Source: Podarcis pityusensis
Lineage: Eukaryota
Reading direction: 5' to 3' (one strand)
NCBI GenBank assembly: GCA_964106645.2
Contig: OZ067039.1
Length of the DNA stretch: 64,000 bases
Numbering within the stretch: the first letter of the stretch is position 1; every line of letters starts with the position of its first letter. Below the pieces are notes generated by a model. It had not been told where the DNA came from and searched no databases. It saw only the letters and a program-made list of their open reading frames with translations. Shown here in pieces: positions 60,768-64,000 of the stretch. The position numbers and the translations under genes were made by a program.

Positions 60768-61676
60768 TTTGAAGCCGATTTCCTGAGATACCTGGGAAAT
60801 TGCTCTAGGCTTTCACCTCCTTTTCAGCACCACTTGCTTCTGGCAGAATAATGTCCCTTCTAGCAAATGGGGAAGTAACCTCAGCAGAGAGGCAGCAGGG
60901 AGAGAAGTCATCAGAGTCAGCAGTTTGCTCTTCTTACCCCATCTCTCAAGAGGAAGAAGCTATAACAGAGGAGAGCTTGTTGGTCTTCATAATTTTCCTC
61001 CTCTGTTTCCAGATTCTTCCAGAAGCAAACCAAGCAGAAAATACACGTCAGAGTCCTACAATGGAAATGTTGCTGGGACTGACCTTTGGTCTTTGCTTAT
61101 CCATTGACTTTGACAAACATTTTGATAGTGTTGGCAGAGTGGGCAAAGGGATCCTTATCCCTTGGACTGCCAGTTCTTTGGTTAGCAGGTTTGGCTAATG
61201 TCTCTGTTTCCATCCAGAATCACGTTCTTCCTCTTCTGGATCATTGCAGGGTCATTCTACAGAGGCGGCCTTCACAATGAGGAGGCTGGATGTGTGCAAA
61301 TAGACAGGACCCTCTGAATGCAGGTCAAATCTCCTACGGTGAAAAAGGGAAGCATCAAGGCAAAACAGGGATCAAATAATAGTACTGATGTAGCACATTT
61401 CAAGTGTTCAGAGCATTTCAACAAAACATTACCTCAGAAATCCTTACAGCAGCCCTGAAAGGTACCAGTATTACTTTCTCAGCTCCCTTAACAAATTAGT
61501 TTCCAGGATCTTTTGTGGGAAACCATTAATGTTTGAAGTGGCATGAGAGTGCTTTAAATGTATGGAGCGAGAGAGCGTGGTCTTGTTTCAGTATCAGCAA
61601 TGGGAGAGCTTCCTGCAGCACACCTGGGGACAGCAGCATAGTTACAGGAATGCAAAACTAGTCACATGGCATAGGT

Positions 61677-61839
61677 CAGGGGTGCCCAAAATTTTTTCAA
61701 AGAGGGCCAGATTTGATGAAGTGAACATGCGGTGTGAGGGCCGACCAAAGTTGTTGAGCTTTTTAAAGGATTTGACCCCAAGAAATAAACTGCCACAGGG
61801 GCCGAATTAGGCCCCCAAAACAGACTTTGGACATGTCTA
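61677..61839. mobile_element. Short non-autonomous hAT element
   Basis: Ends CAGGGGTGCCCAAA and TTTGGACATGTCTA. Perfect 8-bp TSD GCATAGGT at 61669-61676 and 61840-61847. Confidence 0.85.
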
Positions 61840-63149
61840 GCATAGGTCCCCCAGCAGAAGGGCACAGCCAGAGGGCATAAGAGAAAGGGCTGTGGACCTG
61901 TCACCATTGTCCCCTCTTCCTTGCATGTGTCTATTGAGGCAATCAGCTCTCTCTGCCTAAAAATACAGTCAGCTCTGTAGTGAAGCTTTGAGCCGTTAGT
62001 TGCATTGTAAGAGTCAATAATGTTGCCACAGACTCTATAATCAAACAGTTCTGAAACCCACCCTCCCGCTTCAAACAGCAATCTGAGATAAACATGGGGG
62101 GCGGAAAATCACATCATTTTCTACAGATGCTAGGTGGACATCTTGCTACTTGTTTGCATAAAGTACAGCACTGACAGGAAAAGTAAGTACAGGTGACTGA
62201 GAAAGAATAGGTTATGTAGGAATGGATAATTAAGAATGTATTTCATCTTAATATTGCACCCCCAGCTGCCATTCTTTGAAAGCATTTTCCCTCCTTGGTA
62301 CTTAGGAGGCTGCTCAAGCACTTAATCCCACTATAGCAAGACCAAGTCATGTGAGATCATTTGAGCCTGCCAGTCATTAGCAATCACTGACCACCAGTGA
62401 CAGAGCTGGATCACAGGGGGAAGAGAGTAGGTAGGAAGAAAACAAGCTCCCAGGACAACACTACTACAATATGGGAAGTGGCCCATGAAGACACTCACAG
62501 GCATAAGAGCAGGGAGATAGTCTACGAACTGTTGGTCCTGGCGATCATGACGATGAAACATTCGTAGAGTAATAAATTCTGGAAGAGCTGCAGCAAAAAT
62601 GAGTGTCTTATGAGATGTAATCAAGCAAAGCATTGACACTCCCTCCACTCCCTGCCCATATCACTGCAGAAAGATGGTATGGTGGCCTTTTTCTATGCAC
62701 TCTAATTCTGAGCTTAAGGAATCTAATTTAGATGCCAATTAGATCAAAGTGATGCATCAGCAATTTCCTTATTTTTATTTATAGATGCGCAGGGGGGCTT
62801 TGCAAAGTATTTCAGGCTTTCAGCAACAAGGCTCAAATGTAAACTTTGACAGAGAATAAAGGCTGAGGAATGGAAACTCATTTATGTTGCATAACTCTTA
62901 AAATCTAAGTACCATGAATAATCTAGCCCTGAACTGTGTAATCAGACAGTTATTTCCAAGTTTGATCAGAAATCTTTCCCACCCTTGTTAGCTGGAGAAA
63001 CTGGTGACTGAAGCCAGAATTAAAAGTGCGGTTTTTTAAATTAAAAAAAAATTAAAGCAGATTTTTAAAAATGATTGCTAAACCATTCCCCTCTTGAATT
63101 ATGAAACAACACAGTGCAGGACAAGAGGTCTTGCAGAATTCCGAATTCA

Positions 63150-64000
63150 CTGGCAGACGCTTGGAGCAACCGGCCAGAAATTTTGGGTGGGAGTGTTTAA
63201 TTACCGTGAAGGCTGTCGGCTCCCGCGAAGAAGAGGGGATGGGAATTAATCGCCAGGAAACGTGCGAGGAAAAAATACCGCACATTAAAAAAAAGAGAGA
63301 CTTACCGGCTCCTGGGGAAGCGGAATATTCCCCAACCCCGCCCCTTTCCCAAACTTTCGGCCAATGGGGATAGAGAGGGGGGACGTCACTTCCAATACAG
63401 GACGCAGGGGGCGCGTGAGTGCTCGCCAGCTTCATACGCGTTCATGGGTGGGATTTAAAGGCGCGTTTTTGCGGGACGGGAGGGGAAAGGAAAGTTGGCG
63501 GGGACAGGCGGGGTGGATGAGGAAGAAAGGGTGGGAGACCCGGGGTAGGGCGGGGGTGTTGCTCCAAGCCTTTCTCGTGATGCCCTTGTTGTAAATCTAG
63601 CAGGCAGATCCGACTATTATGCTGCACCCCCATGGAGACCGGAGCTCTGCCGCCTTCACCGCGAAAGTGAAGGATTCAGAATTCCGACGCAACCACTGTA
63701 CACGTGTAAAGTTATATTGCCGTACGAGGCTTCCGCGCCGCCCGTTTCTGTTTTCCAAGCAGAGGGTCGAGAGGGAAATCGTTCTCTTTTTCTCTCCCGG
63801 GCGCGCTGTTTTGGAGGTCGGGGCCATGTGGGGGGCGCTGATCGGCAGAGGGCAGCAGCGATCCCACGCCTGCAACCCGGGAGGGCGAGGCGCAAGGCGG
63901 GGGAACAAATCCCTCTTTCCTTCGGAGTCTGGTTTCTATTATGCAGCCTGTCCCGCTTGCTTGGGCTCCGAGGAGGGGGCGGAAGGGGTTTCGGCGAAAG
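63150..64000 (-). promoter_or_regulatory. CpG island: probable HYAL1 promoter and non-coding exon 1
   Basis: High CpG. Strong donor CCG|GTAAGT at 63306/63305, CCAAT boxes (63361, 63392), ETS-CRE-like GACGTCACTTCC (63382-63393) and GC boxes. Confidence 0.65.

Noticed and set aside
1-64000. CRISPR arrays, operons or other prokaryotic systems; remaining short ORFs in the track
   Set aside because: Intron-rich vertebrate DNA with no spaced direct-repeat array; the other ORFs lack recognisable homology and are consistent with chance.

Overview
Vertebrate genomic DNA, most likely a squamate (probably lacertid) lizard, judged from a Sauria SINE, tRNA-Lys/CR1 SINEs and young CR1 LINEs. The window is the counterpart of the human 3p21.3 hyaluronidase cluster. 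It holds IFRD2 (+, coding exons 2-12; exon 1 not found, presumably upstream), LSMEM2 (-, 3 coding exons), HYAL3 (-, 3 coding exons), NAA80 (-, one coding exon, probably nested in HYAL3 intron 1), a CpG-island promoter near 51-52 kb, HYAL1 (-, 3 coding exons) and a second CpG island at the window end. Exons were reconstructed by hand from GT/AG sites and reading frame, and gene names rest on recalled human protein sequences, not a database search. The standout observation is a non-autonomous hAT transposon at 564-1404 (terminal inverted repeats plus a perfect 8-bp target-site duplication). It carries a captured, decayed copy of CRPPA/ISPD exon 1 with its splice donor and flanking DNA, i.e. Pack-TIR-type gene-fragment capture. 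An 'empty' member of the same family sits at 9262-9496. Other points: the IFRD2-LSMEM2 pair appears inverted relative to human, a MITE resembles fish/amphibian Tc1 ends, and HYAL3, HYAL1 and NAA80 show lineage-specific protein features.
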